NCBI GenBank assembly: GCA_934613415.1
Contig: CAKTSY010000004.1
Coordinates: 240,001 to 272,000 of the forward strand
DNA length: 32,000 nt
Reading direction: 5' to 3'
Source of the DNA: an uncultured Opitutales bacterium
GTDB taxonomy: Bacteria > Verrucomicrobiota > Verrucomicrobiia > Opitutales > Intestinicryptomonadaceae
How positions within the stretch are numbered: the stretch's first letter is position 1; each line of letters opens with the position of its first letter. Below, piece after piece: positions 1 through 7,633 of the stretch. The notes below the pieces were generated by a model that saw only the letters and a list, made by a program, of their open reading frames with translations, did not search any database and had not been told where the DNA came from. The translations under genes and the position numbers were made by a program.

Positions 1-1583
1 TTCTGCTCTACGTCCCAGCGGCATATATAGGCGTTGTTTTCGGTGTAGTAGTCTCTAAAGCCCAACCCGCCGCCGAACGAATAGTCTACATTCTTTATAA
101 ACTCGCCCCTGTCGTCTTTCGGGTGCATAAATTTTGTTTTCGGGTGCAGCAAATTGCGGTAGTTGTACGACTGTTTTAAAAGCTTTTCCGCCGACTCTTT
201 TTCGCCTATTATTTCGGCTATCTGCGAAAGGCACCAATCGTCGTAGGCGGTTGCCGTTGTAACGCTTACGGGCTGGCGCTTCATGCGCAGGTTAACCTCT
301 TTAAAAGTTTCCTCCTGCCCCTCTCTTAGGGCTGGAATGTAGCCCTTTTCATAGTAGAATTTTGAAAGCTCGCCCGAATCGCAAATCGTATCGGGCAAAA
401 GCGATTTTGTCCGAACGGTGTTCATAGCCAAGCGATACGCCGTTTTTAAATCCAAATCGCGAATCCCCTTGTTGTAGGCGTCTATAAACGAAGCTACAAT
501 GTGGTTGCCATTCATATACTGGTTGTCGCCGTCTATTGTCGGGAATTTAGGCAACCATTTTTTGGGGCTTGATTCGCCGAAAAACAGAATGCTTTTCAGG
601 CACTTTTTTTCGTAATCGGGGTTTAAAATCAGATAAAGCGGGTGGCTTGTTCTGTAGGTATCCCACGACCAGTCGTCGCAGTATATGTAGGAATTGTCGA
701 AGCTTTGGCAAACCTTGTCGGAATAGGCGTTGTAAAATTGGCCGTATTCGTCGTAATTAACCATACGCTCTTTTGTGCGCCAAAAAGACGTGTAAAACAC
801 CGTTTTTTCGTTTTCGTTTTTGCCGAAAACCTCTATTTGGGAAAGCGCGTCGTTCCATATCTGCCTTCCTTTTTCGGCAACAGCATTCAGATTAAAGTCT
901 TTAATTTCGCGAGCTAGGTTGTCTTTTGCCTTTTCGTAACTTATAAACGACACTCCGTATTTTGCGCCGAGCTTTGAGACATTTTCGGCAAATATTGCCG
1001 TTTGCGAATTTTTTGTTTTATTATAGCTTTCGGGCTTGGCATCAAAAGCTACATATATGTATACCTTTGTATTCCCCCTTAGGCGGTACGAAACTCCGAA
1101 GGCGTTTTCGTCGGTAAAGCTGTCTAAAAAGTCTTTTGCATATATGCAAAACTTGCGCTTTTGGCTTGGGCTGCTTTGCGAAAAATCGAAAGAATAAATC
1201 GCCGACCTTTTCGATACCGCATAGTCTACCGAAATTTTGTCGTCTTCCAAAAACACCGAATAGGAATAGGGGGTAATCCTTTCCCTGTCGAAAAGATACA
1301 GGGCTTTGGGCGTTTCGCCGTTTGTAAACACGTTCAGTTTTGTGTTCGGCAAAAAGCGGTGGGTATGAACAAAAAGCGGAAGCGAATGCAGCGCTACAGC
1401 GGCGGAATCGAATTTAAAAGCAAAAGCCCTCATCATAGAGTTGGGAAGCTGCACAGTTTCGCGGGCGGGAACTAAAACGTGGCTTACGCCGCCCATCTTG
1501 CAATTCACATAGTCTACATAATCTTTTGCAAAAATACTTGCTGCAAAAAGCGCGAACAATGACGTAAAATAGTTAATCTTCAT
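1..1583 (-). CDS. Glycoside hydrolase family 92-like (alpha-mannosidase-like) protein; the 3' end runs off the window
   Basis: It is absent from the ORF track because it has no stop in the window. My translation from the ATG at 1583 (plus-strand cat 1581-1583) reads MKINYFTSLFALFAASIFAKDYVDY... with no stop down to position 1. An N-terminal signal peptide is present. The internal blocks ...CDDWSWDTYRTSHPLYLI... and ...NGNHIVASFIDAYNKGIRD... match GH92 central motifs as I recall them. Confidence 0.7.
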   Translation of the reverse strand, partial: MKINYFTSLFALFAASIFAKDYVDYVNCKMGGVSHVLVPARETVQLPNSMMRAFAFKFDSAAVALHSLPLFVHTHRFLPNTKLNVFTNGETPKALYLFDRERITPYSYSVFLEDDKISVDYAVSKRSAIYSFDFSQSSPSQKRKFCIYAKDFLDSFTDENAFGVSYRLRGNTKVYIYVAFDAKPESYNKTKNSQTAIFAENVSKLGAKYGVSFISYEKAKDNLAREIKDFNLNAVAEKGRQIWNDALSQIEVFGKNENEKTVFYTSFWRTKERMVNYDEYGQFYNAYSDKVCQSFDNSYIYCDDWSWDTYRTSHPLYLILNPDYEKKCLKSILFFGESSPKKWLPKFPTIDGDNQYMNGNHIVASFIDAYNKGIRDLDLKTAYRLAMNTVRTKSLLPDTICDSGELSKFYYEKGYIPALREGQEETFKEVNLRMKRQPVSVTTATAYDDWCLSQIAEIIGEKESAEKLLKQSYNYRNLLHPKTKFMHPKDDRGEFIKNVDYSFGGGLGFRDYYTENNAYICRWDVEQ

Positions 1584-1726
1584 AGCATTGGAGTTGTAGA
1601 ATATATCCAAAGCCTATTCAAATGTTTTTTTCGAAAATTTTAAGTATGTTTAGCAAAGTTAAAAACCAAAACTATACCCAAAAATTTCTTGTTAAGTTTG
1701 CCGAAAGTGCTTAGCTTCGGCTTTAT

Positions 1727-2179
1727 ATGGTAAAAATATTCAAATTCGCCCAAATAAAAGATTCGCCCTTTGCAGCAAAAAAGGGCTTCGACAAACTTGT
1801 AGAATACGTTTTAAAGAACGATATTTTTAAAATGCCGCTGGGCAAATACGAAATAGACGGCAAAAACCTGTATTTTGAAATTTCGAACTGCAATTTGCGC
1901 GCAAAGCAAAGCGCCCCGCTGGAAGCCCACAAAAAATATGCCGACTTGCAGCTTATTTTAGAGGGCAGCGAAACTTTCGGTCTTGCCGACACAAACGTTT
2001 GCAAGAGCGTAAAAACGCCATATAACCCCGAAAAAGACATAGAGTTTTTTGAAGACGCCCCCGAACAATACAAAACCTTAAGTGCGGGCGAATTTATGGT
2101 GTTTTTCCCCGAAAACGCGCACGCCCCGCTTATAGGCGAAGGCTCGGTTAAAAAAGTTGTTTTTAAAATACTTCTTTAG
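1727..2179 (+). CDS. YhcH/YjgK/YiaL (DUF386) family protein, EbgC/NanQ-like cupin
   Basis: The 150-aa ORF has the size and C-terminal block ...EFMVFFPENAHAPLIGEGSVKKVVFKI typical of DUF386 proteins. Confidence 0.7.
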   Translation: MVKIFKFAQIKDSPFAAKKGFDKLVEYVLKNDIFKMPLGKYEIDGKNLYFEISNCNLRAKQSAPLEAHKKYADLQLILEGSETFGLADTNVCKSVKTPYNPEKDIEFFEDAPEQYKTLSAGEFMVFFPENAHAPLIGEGSVKKVVFKILL

Positions 2180-2296
2180 CTGCAGGTAAAATTTGTATTT
2201 GACCGAACGCGCGTTTATGTAGATTATAGACGCGCATTTAAAGAAATTGGCAAATTCAAAAAGAACACTTTTGCAGCTTTTTTAATGCAAAACATA

Positions 2297-2330
2297 CGTC
2301 TCCGTAAAGGGAGGCGCTTTTTTTCTTTTT
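2297..2330 (+). terminator. Rho-independent terminator-like hairpin lying 19 nt upstream of the cstA start
   Basis: Stem CGTCTCC (2297-2303) pairs with GGAGGCG (2310-2316) with one G-U pair, around loop GTAAAG. It is followed by CTTTTTTTCTTTTT. It could terminate the yhcH-like gene or act as an attenuator in the cstA leader. Confidence 0.5.
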
Positions 2331-2348
2331 ACATCACGCATCAAAAAT

Positions 2349-3812
2349 ATGTTCTTATTTTTAACAGGTATGGTTCTTTTGGCGGCAGGCTATTTTTTCT
2401 ACGGCCGCCTAGTCGAAAAAATATTGTCGCCCGACGACAGAAAAACGCCGGCAATAGAAATGGCCGACGGCGTAGACTACGTTGTTCTTCCTCACTGGAA
2501 GAATATGCTTATACAGCTTTTGAACATTGCGGGGGTCGGCCCGGTAATAGGGGTTATTTTGGGCATAAAGTTCGGCGAAATAGTTTTTTTGGTAATCCCC
2601 TTCGGCAATATGATTGCGGGGGCTACCCACGACTTCCTGTCGGGAATGATGTCGCTTAGAAACGGCGGCGCAAACTTGCCCGCAATAATTAAAGACAATT
2701 TGGGCAAGGGCTACTACCGCTTCTTTTCGGTATTTAGCGTGTTTTTGCTTTTGCTGGTTGTGGCGGTTTTTATAAACATTCCGGCAAATCTGCTAAGCAG
2801 CCTTGTTTGCGAAAATTCTTCGCTATTCTGGTATATGGTAATTGCAATTTTTGCCTACTACATTGCGGCAACGCTGTTTTCGGTAGACAAAATTATAGGC
2901 AAGATATACCCTCTTTTCGGCGCAATGCTTATTTTGGGAACAGCCGCAATTTTTGCGACCCTTATGTGGAATGCAATAGAAAACCCTTCGCTACTAAGCG
3001 AAAGCGCGGCGTTTAAGGAAAGAATGTTCACCGCCGAAAACGGCAACCCCGTTTTGCCCGTGTTGTTTGTAACAATAGCCTGCGGCATAATTTCGGGCTT
3101 TCACGCAACGCAGTCGCCCATAGTTGCCAGAACTATGAAAAGCGAAAGGCAGGCACGCCAGTCGTTCTACGGAATGATGATTGTAGAAGGCTACATTGCA
3201 ATGATTTGGGCGGGGGCTGCAATGGCAATCTACAACATTTGCCCCGACTATATGCTTATTAAAGCCGACACCGTTTTAGGCAAAATTACCGAATACTTTC
3301 TGGGTGCAAACGTGGGAACTGTAACAATTCTTTCGGTTGTAATTTTGTCGATAACATCGGGCGATACCGCCATGCGCAGCGTAAGGCTTTCGCTTGCAGA
3401 AATGCTAAAGCTTAACCAAAAGCCGCTTTTTAACCGCGTTTTGCTGTGCATACCCGCCGTTGTAGTTGTTGCGCTTTTGTTGCTTTGGTCTAACCAAAAC
3501 GCACAAACATTCAAGCATTTGTGGAACTATTTTGCGTGGGGCAATCAGGTTTTGGCGGCCTCTACCTTAATGGCGGCAACCGCCTGGCTTATAAGAAGCC
3601 GCAAGAATTTCTACATAGCAATAGTGCCCGCGATGTTTATGACTTTTATAGTTTCGTGCTACATAATTTGGGTTTCGCCCGAGCATAAGGGGCCCTACGG
3701 GCTTGGGCTTGATTTGAATTTGTCGTACATAATTGCCGCTATATTTACCCTTGCAGTTTCCTATGCCGTAATGCGCAGAGCAAAGAAAGCCCCGAAAATT
3801 TTGGACAAATAA
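2349..3812 (+). CDS. cstA: Carbon starvation protein CstA family transporter (short ~490-aa form)
   Basis: The 487-aa polytopic membrane protein has the N-terminus ...GRLVEKILSPDDRKTPA...DGVDYVVLPHWKNMLIQLLNIAGVGPVIG...GATHDF, characteristic of the CstA family. Confidence 0.8.
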   Translation: MFLFLTGMVLLAAGYFFYGRLVEKILSPDDRKTPAIEMADGVDYVVLPHWKNMLIQLLNIAGVGPVIGVILGIKFGEIVFLVIPFGNMIAGATHDFLSGMMSLRNGGANLPAIIKDNLGKGYYRFFSVFSVFLLLLVVAVFINIPANLLSSLVCENSSLFWYMVIAIFAYYIAATLFSVDKIIGKIYPLFGAMLILGTAAIFATLMWNAIENPSLLSESAAFKERMFTAENGNPVLPVLFVTIACGIISGFHATQSPIVARTMKSERQARQSFYGMMIVEGYIAMIWAGAAMAIYNICPDYMLIKADTVLGKITEYFLGANVGTVTILSVVILSITSGDTAMRSVRLSLAEMLKLNQKPLFNRVLLCIPAVVVVALLLLWSNQNAQTFKHLWNYFAWGNQVLAASTLMAATAWLIRSRKNFYIAIVPAMFMTFIVSCYIIWVSPEHKGPYGLGLDLNLSYIIAAIFTLAVSYAVMRRAKKAPKILDK

Positions 3813-3834
3813 CAAACTAACCATTTTCAAAGTC

Positions 3835-3873
3835 AAAAACGCCGCAATTTTTCGCGGCGTTTTTGGTTTTTTT
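3835..3873 (+). terminator. Rho-independent terminator of cstA
   Basis: The sequence AAAAACGCCGC-aatttttc-GCGGCGTTTTT has a perfect GC-rich stem and is followed by a TTTTTGGTTTTTTT tract. Confidence 0.8.
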
Positions 3874-3959
3874 AGCCCACGCAAAATCTTTTATGGCAAA
3901 AAACGCCTTTAGTTGCCAAGGCTTTTTACGATTTATTCAAGACAAACAAATATATAAAA

Positions 3960-4469
3960 ATGAAAAGTTCGTCTTTAAGAATTACAGGTGTGTTTTTGCT
4001 GCTGCTTGGCATATTGTGCCTGGTGTATCCCGTTTTTTCGGCATTTTGGGCAGAGAGTTTTACCGCAATAGTTTTGGCTATTGCCGCAGTTTTTACATTT
4101 GCACTGGCAGGCAAAGAAAGCTCGTATGCCGATAAGGCAATATATGCCTTTATGGGCATAATATATCTTGCAGGGTGCCTGTTTTTGGTGTTTAACCCCG
4201 TTGTGGGGCTTACCGTTATGATGGCGGCTTTTGCCGTTATATTCTTTTGCGAGGGCGTTTTTGCGCTGGCATTGTTTGCGCGCAAAAGCAAAAGCCGCAA
4301 CTGGCTTATGCTTATAAACGCGCTTGCAAGTTTTATCTTGGCATTCTTGGTTTTTGCAAACGTAAACGAGGGCGTTTTGTTTATAGGCCTGCTTGTTGGC
4401 ATAGACCTTATTTTTACGGGAATTGGGCTTTTGTTTTGGTCGCCCGCGCAAAATTTAAACGAAGCTTAA
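3960..4469 (+). CDS. HdeD/DUF308 family small integral membrane protein
   Basis: The 169-aa ORF has about 6 predicted TM helices with the repeated G-rich helix pattern (..GVFLLLLGILCLVYP.., ..GLLVGIDLIFTGIGLLF..) typical of DUF308/HdeD. Confidence 0.6.
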   Translation: MKSSSLRITGVFLLLLGILCLVYPVFSAFWAESFTAIVLAIAAVFTFALAGKESSYADKAIYAFMGIIYLAGCLFLVFNPVVGLTVMMAAFAVIFFCEGVFALALFARKSKSRNWLMLINALASFILAFLVFANVNEGVLFIGLLVGIDLIFTGIGLLFWSPAQNLNEA

Positions 4470-4495
4470 AGGCAATTTCTTGTAAACACTCCGTC

Positions 4496-4540
4496 AAAAA
4501 AAACGGCATATGCCCCATAGCATATGCCGTTTTCCGTTTT
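4496..4540. terminator. Bidirectional terminator between the convergent hdeD-like gene and the 731-aa gene
   Basis: A perfect 11-bp stem, ACGGCATATGC (4503-4513) with GCATATGCCGT (4520-4530), has loop CCCATA. It is flanked by an A-run upstream and T-runs downstream. Confidence 0.8.
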
Positions 4541-4551
4541 ATGTGGCAGCC

Positions 4552-6747
4552 TTATTTTGCAGGCGCATTTTCGGGCTTTGCAGTGGCCGCCTTTGCTAAA
4601 GTCTCTTTTGCCTTGGCTTTGTCGGCATTTTCCTTTTCGGCTTTCGCCTTCATATAGGAGCTTTGCGGCAAAAACTTTGCATCTTTAAAGCAGCCAAAAT
4701 ACCATGCGCCGTAAAATATAGCCGTTATCAACGCCAAAATAACAACAAAATTTCTTACGCCGTGGTGCGGCGAATATGGGTCTAGCAAATCGCGCTTAGA
4801 GCCTTTGGGCAAAGAGGCTGTTTTTGTTAGCATACCGCCAAAAGCTATGTTTATTTTTGCCCTTGTGTTTACCGCCCAACCGTTGGCGTCTAGCAAAGGT
4901 CCAAGATTTCGCGTTCTAAGCTTTAGGGCCGCCAATACCATGGAAGGCAGCGATATTGCAAGAATTATGCCCGCAATGCCAAGCGGAATATACCAGCCCA
5001 AACCGAAGAAGGAATCCAGCAAAATGCCGAATGTTGCAGTTAACCCGCTAACGGCAACACCCAAGGCGGCAACCGTGCCTACGTCTATTTTCTTTTGCGG
5101 GGTTGCAACCGAAGTTTGCAGGTTTGCCTGAGCCTTTTCGTCGGCCTGACTTGCAAATTTTGCGATTTGTTCGGAAATCCATTTCGAGCATTTTTTGTAG
5201 GGCGACCAAAACGCCTGAGCGATGCTTATCGGGTTTTCTACCACCTTTACAACAACGGCGTCCCAATCGCGGCCGAGGTTGTCGTAAAATACGCCGTTGC
5301 GCCCCGCCATTAGGTTGTCGTTGTCGCCCGAAGTTACGGCGGCTACAATTGTCATAGGCGGCATACCCGCCCTTTTGCAGTCGCAGTAAAGCAGGTAGGT
5401 GTAGCTTAGCGCGCTCATTGCCGAATGGTTGCCTACGTTTTCGACCGCAATGCACAAGTCGCAAACTCTTTGATCTATATAAAGCCTGCCAACCTGAAAT
5501 GCCGACTTGTTTTTGCCCTCGTAAAACGACTTAAAGCTTACAAAATTTGTAAGCACATTAAGCAGATCGGCGTTAAGGCGAACAAGCTTTTCTACCGAAA
5601 ATATCGCGTCGTATTCCGCGCGCAACGTTTCGTCTTTTTCCACAATTTTTGCAAGCTTTTCGCGGTAATCCGATTTTGCAAATTTTGCGATAAATTCTTG
5701 CCCCAATTTGTCGGGCAAGTCGTTCGGCTTTGCCGAAATCCATTTTGCAAATGGCGCAAATTTTGCCGCTATTTTTGCAAAGTCGGCAGCACTAATTTCA
5801 GAAACTTCGCCGCCCAAGATTTTTGAAGCTACGTTTTTAAAATTGTCTACCTGAGGCTGCCATACGGGGTTTATCCCCTTTTCGAAATCGAAAAATTCGC
5901 TGTCGCCAATCAACGCAAGCGGCAGCTTTTTAAGTTGCGCATCGCGCGAATCTGCGTCTGCAAAAATTGCGGCAATTGTATCGTTTGTAGGGTTAAGGCT
6001 GTTTGCCGCAGAATTGTCGTAGCTAAGAACAGCCCTGCGGGTAAAATAGTCGTTCAGCTTTTCGGCAATAGCATTGTAGGCGGCATAGGCGGCTGCGGTA
6101 TCGTTGCCTAAAAACAGAATGGCGTTGTCGCTCTTTTCGTTTTCAAGCCAAGTTTGCGAAGCGTTCAAATCGTCAAAAAACGCGTTTATTTGGCCTAAGT
6201 CTATGCCGTCTTTGCCCGAACGGTCTTTCTTTGCGCCATATAAATCGGCTATTTTTTTGATTAAGTCGGCACAAACGGCGTCGTCTTCGGCAGATTCCGG
6301 AATGATTATGCCGTCGGCATTAAAAACAGTATTTTCGTATACCGAGTCTTTGTCGAAATCTTCGGGCAAAAGAGTGTTGTTCTTGCCGAAGTTTTTTGCC
6401 AAGTGCAAGGCGGCCGACTTAACAATTTTAGAATTTTCGTTGTCGTCGCAAATATTCGAGATTTCAAGTTCGCGGCTGCCGCTTAAAAGGCTGTCGGAAT
6501 TTTTCAGCATTTTGCAAGTCCACTCGCAGGCTTCTATCAATTCCTGCGCGCGTATTTTGCCGTCTTTGTCCAAATCTATAAAGGCAAGGGTTTTTTCGTC
6601 TAAATTCGTTCCCTTAACGGGGCAGCTTAACGCCGTCCACAATTTTAAATCTAGGTTGCGCAAATTTGCTATGTCGCTACCCGACTCGAATTTTACCTGA
6701 TAAACGCCGCCTGCCTTAAAAAAGCTCCAAATATGTTTTGTTTCCAT
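4552..6747 (-). CDS. Conserved-looking protein of unknown function: N-terminal EF-hand-containing domain, long soluble region, C-terminal multi-TM domain and a Lys/Ala-rich tail
   Basis: The 731-aa ORF has no signal peptide. It carries the canonical 12-residue EF-hand loop DLDKDGKIRAQE (aa 58-69). Hydrophobic segments lie after ~aa 560 (VAALGVAVSGLTATFGILL, WYIPLGIAGIILAISLPSMVLAAL, FVVILALITAIFYGAWYF). The tail is KAKAEKENADKAKAKETLAKAATAKPENAPAK. I cannot assign a family. Confidence 0.85.
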   Translation of the reverse strand: METKHIWSFFKAGGVYQVKFESGSDIANLRNLDLKLWTALSCPVKGTNLDEKTLAFIDLDKDGKIRAQELIEACEWTCKMLKNSDSLLSGSRELEISNICDDNENSKIVKSAALHLAKNFGKNNTLLPEDFDKDSVYENTVFNADGIIIPESAEDDAVCADLIKKIADLYGAKKDRSGKDGIDLGQINAFFDDLNASQTWLENEKSDNAILFLGNDTAAAYAAYNAIAEKLNDYFTRRAVLSYDNSAANSLNPTNDTIAAIFADADSRDAQLKKLPLALIGDSEFFDFEKGINPVWQPQVDNFKNVASKILGGEVSEISAADFAKIAAKFAPFAKWISAKPNDLPDKLGQEFIAKFAKSDYREKLAKIVEKDETLRAEYDAIFSVEKLVRLNADLLNVLTNFVSFKSFYEGKNKSAFQVGRLYIDQRVCDLCIAVENVGNHSAMSALSYTYLLYCDCKRAGMPPMTIVAAVTSGDNDNLMAGRNGVFYDNLGRDWDAVVVKVVENPISIAQAFWSPYKKCSKWISEQIAKFASQADEKAQANLQTSVATPQKKIDVGTVAALGVAVSGLTATFGILLDSFFGLGWYIPLGIAGIILAISLPSMVLAALKLRTRNLGPLLDANGWAVNTRAKINIAFGGMLTKTASLPKGSKRDLLDPYSPHHGVRNFVVILALITAIFYGAWYFGCFKDAKFLPQSSYMKAKAEKENADKAKAKETLAKAATAKPENAPAK

Positions 6748-6770
6748 AAGCCGTTAAAATATGTAAACAG

Positions 6771-6798
6771 CCTATAAAACGAGCGCGCAATTTGTCAA
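6771..6798 (-). promoter_or_regulatory. Candidate sigma-70 promoter for the 731-aa gene
   Basis: The minus strand reads TTGACA (6798-6793), a 16-nt spacer, then TATAGG (6776-6771), about 25 nt upstream of the ATG at 6747. Confidence 0.4.
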
Positions 6799-6831
6799 AT
6801 AAGCTTTATTTAAAAGCACAAAAAAAGCTTA

Positions 6832-6906
6832 TGGCACCCCCTATCGGATTCGAACCGATGTTTTCTGAATGAGATTCAGAAGTCCTAACCACTAGACGAT
6901 GGGGGC
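6832..6906 (-). tRNA. tRNA-Glu (anticodon CUC), CCA encoded
   Basis: The reverse complement GCCCCCATCGTCTAGTGGTTAGGACTTCTGAATCTCATTCAGAAAACATCGGTTCGAATCCGATAGGGGGTGCCA folds as a cloverleaf. The D arm is GTCT/GGAC. The anticodon stem is TCTGA/TCAGA with loop A-T-CTC-A-T. The T arm is ATCGG-TTCGAAT-CCGAT. The acceptor stem has a G1-U72 wobble and an A7/A66 mismatch. Confidence 0.8.
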
Positions 6907-7009
6907 ACTATAAGCTAAAAATTTATCCGAAAAATATCGCAACAGTGCGCAAAATTGTCAAGCAATTTGCGGCATTTTTTTGACGCTTAAAACGCGGCAA
7001 AGGTTACGC

Positions 7010-7504
7010 TTATATGTCTATTGTATTGTTGTTTTTTGTGTCGGCATTCTCGGCGTCTGTCCAAGTATTTTGCGACTCTGGCGAATTATTGCATTCGTCT
7101 TTAAACAGGCTTTTGCCGTATTTATTGTCGGAATTTTGCCCCTTGCAAAAGAGCAGAATAATAAGAACAACCAAGCTTGCAACAGGAACAAGCGACAACA
7201 CCGAAAACCAACCGCTTAGCCCCAAGTCGTGAAAGCGTTTTGCAGAAAGAGCCAAAGTTGTATAGCTAATAACAATCTGAATCGGCAAAAATATAATGCT
7301 GGCAAGGCATGATGTTGCAATCTCTTCGATGCTGGCTCCGTTCATTGCAAGCCCGATTCCAAACGGAATCATTATAAACACAGCCAATAGTCCGAAAAAC
7401 AAGCTAGACAATACCGAGTAAATAAAATAGTCCAAACGCCCTATTCTTCCCTTAAAAGAAAAGAACATTCTTACACACTTTTTTATAAAACTTTCTTTTT
7501 GCAT
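7010..7504 (-). CDS. DUF805 family inner-membrane protein (YhaH/YhaI-like)
   Basis: The protein reads MQKESFIKKCVRMFFSFKGRIGRLDYFIYS... and ...SAKRFHDLGLSGWFSVLSLVP..., which are DUF805 hallmark blocks. I chose the start at Met11 of the track ORF (ATG at 7504). Confidence 0.75.
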   Translation of the reverse strand: MQKESFIKKCVRMFFSFKGRIGRLDYFIYSVLSSLFFGLLAVFIMIPFGIGLAMNGASIEEIATSCLASIIFLPIQIVISYTTLALSAKRFHDLGLSGWFSVLSLVPVASLVVLIILLFCKGQNSDNKYGKSLFKDECNNSPESQNTWTDAENADTKNNNTIDI

Positions 7505-7565
7505 ATTTAGATTATAATCGCAAAAAACGCACACTATTCAAGCAAATTGAAGCAAAGAATTTTGC

Positions 7566-7600
7566 ACAAAAAATCTCCGAAGAAATTTTCGGAGATTTTC
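7566..7600 (-). terminator. Rho-independent terminator after metY
   Basis: A perfect 9-bp stem, ATCTCCGAA (7573-7581) with TTCGGAGAT (7588-7596), sits beside a plus-strand A-run at 7567-7572, which gives a T-tract on the minus strand. Confidence 0.75.
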
Positions 7601-7633
7601 GTTTTTGCCTTTTATAGCTATGCGGATTGTTTT

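Noticed and set aside
2285-2659. A 124-aa plus-strand ORF overlapping the cstA start.
   Set aside because: It is in a different frame from the well-supported CstA ORF, its sequence is Arg/Gly-rich and nonsensical, and it spans the terminator-like hairpin.
3926-4451. Two 158-aa minus-strand ORFs and the 4247-4657 plus-strand ORF around the hdeD-like gene.
   Set aside because: They overlap the DUF308-like membrane ORF and the bidirectional terminator. Their translations are Lys/Cys/Ala-rich without TM or domain logic.
6104-6700. A 198-aa plus-strand ORF, and similar long antisense ORFs at 5425-5826, 8159-8620, 24675-25280, 24692-25321, 27014-27619, 27390-27920 and 31062-31499.
   Set aside because: All lie entirely inside strongly supported genes on the opposite strand. 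Their translations are low-complexity (Ser/Phe/Lys/Arg/Cys-rich) with no recognisable motifs. They are shadow ORFs.
6748-7009. A possible genomic-island or integration site at tRNA-Glu, and likewise at tRNA-Thr (16789-16861).
   Set aside because: I could see no integrase, no direct repeat of the tRNA 3' end and no compositional break. The flanking genes look like ordinary chromosomal genes.
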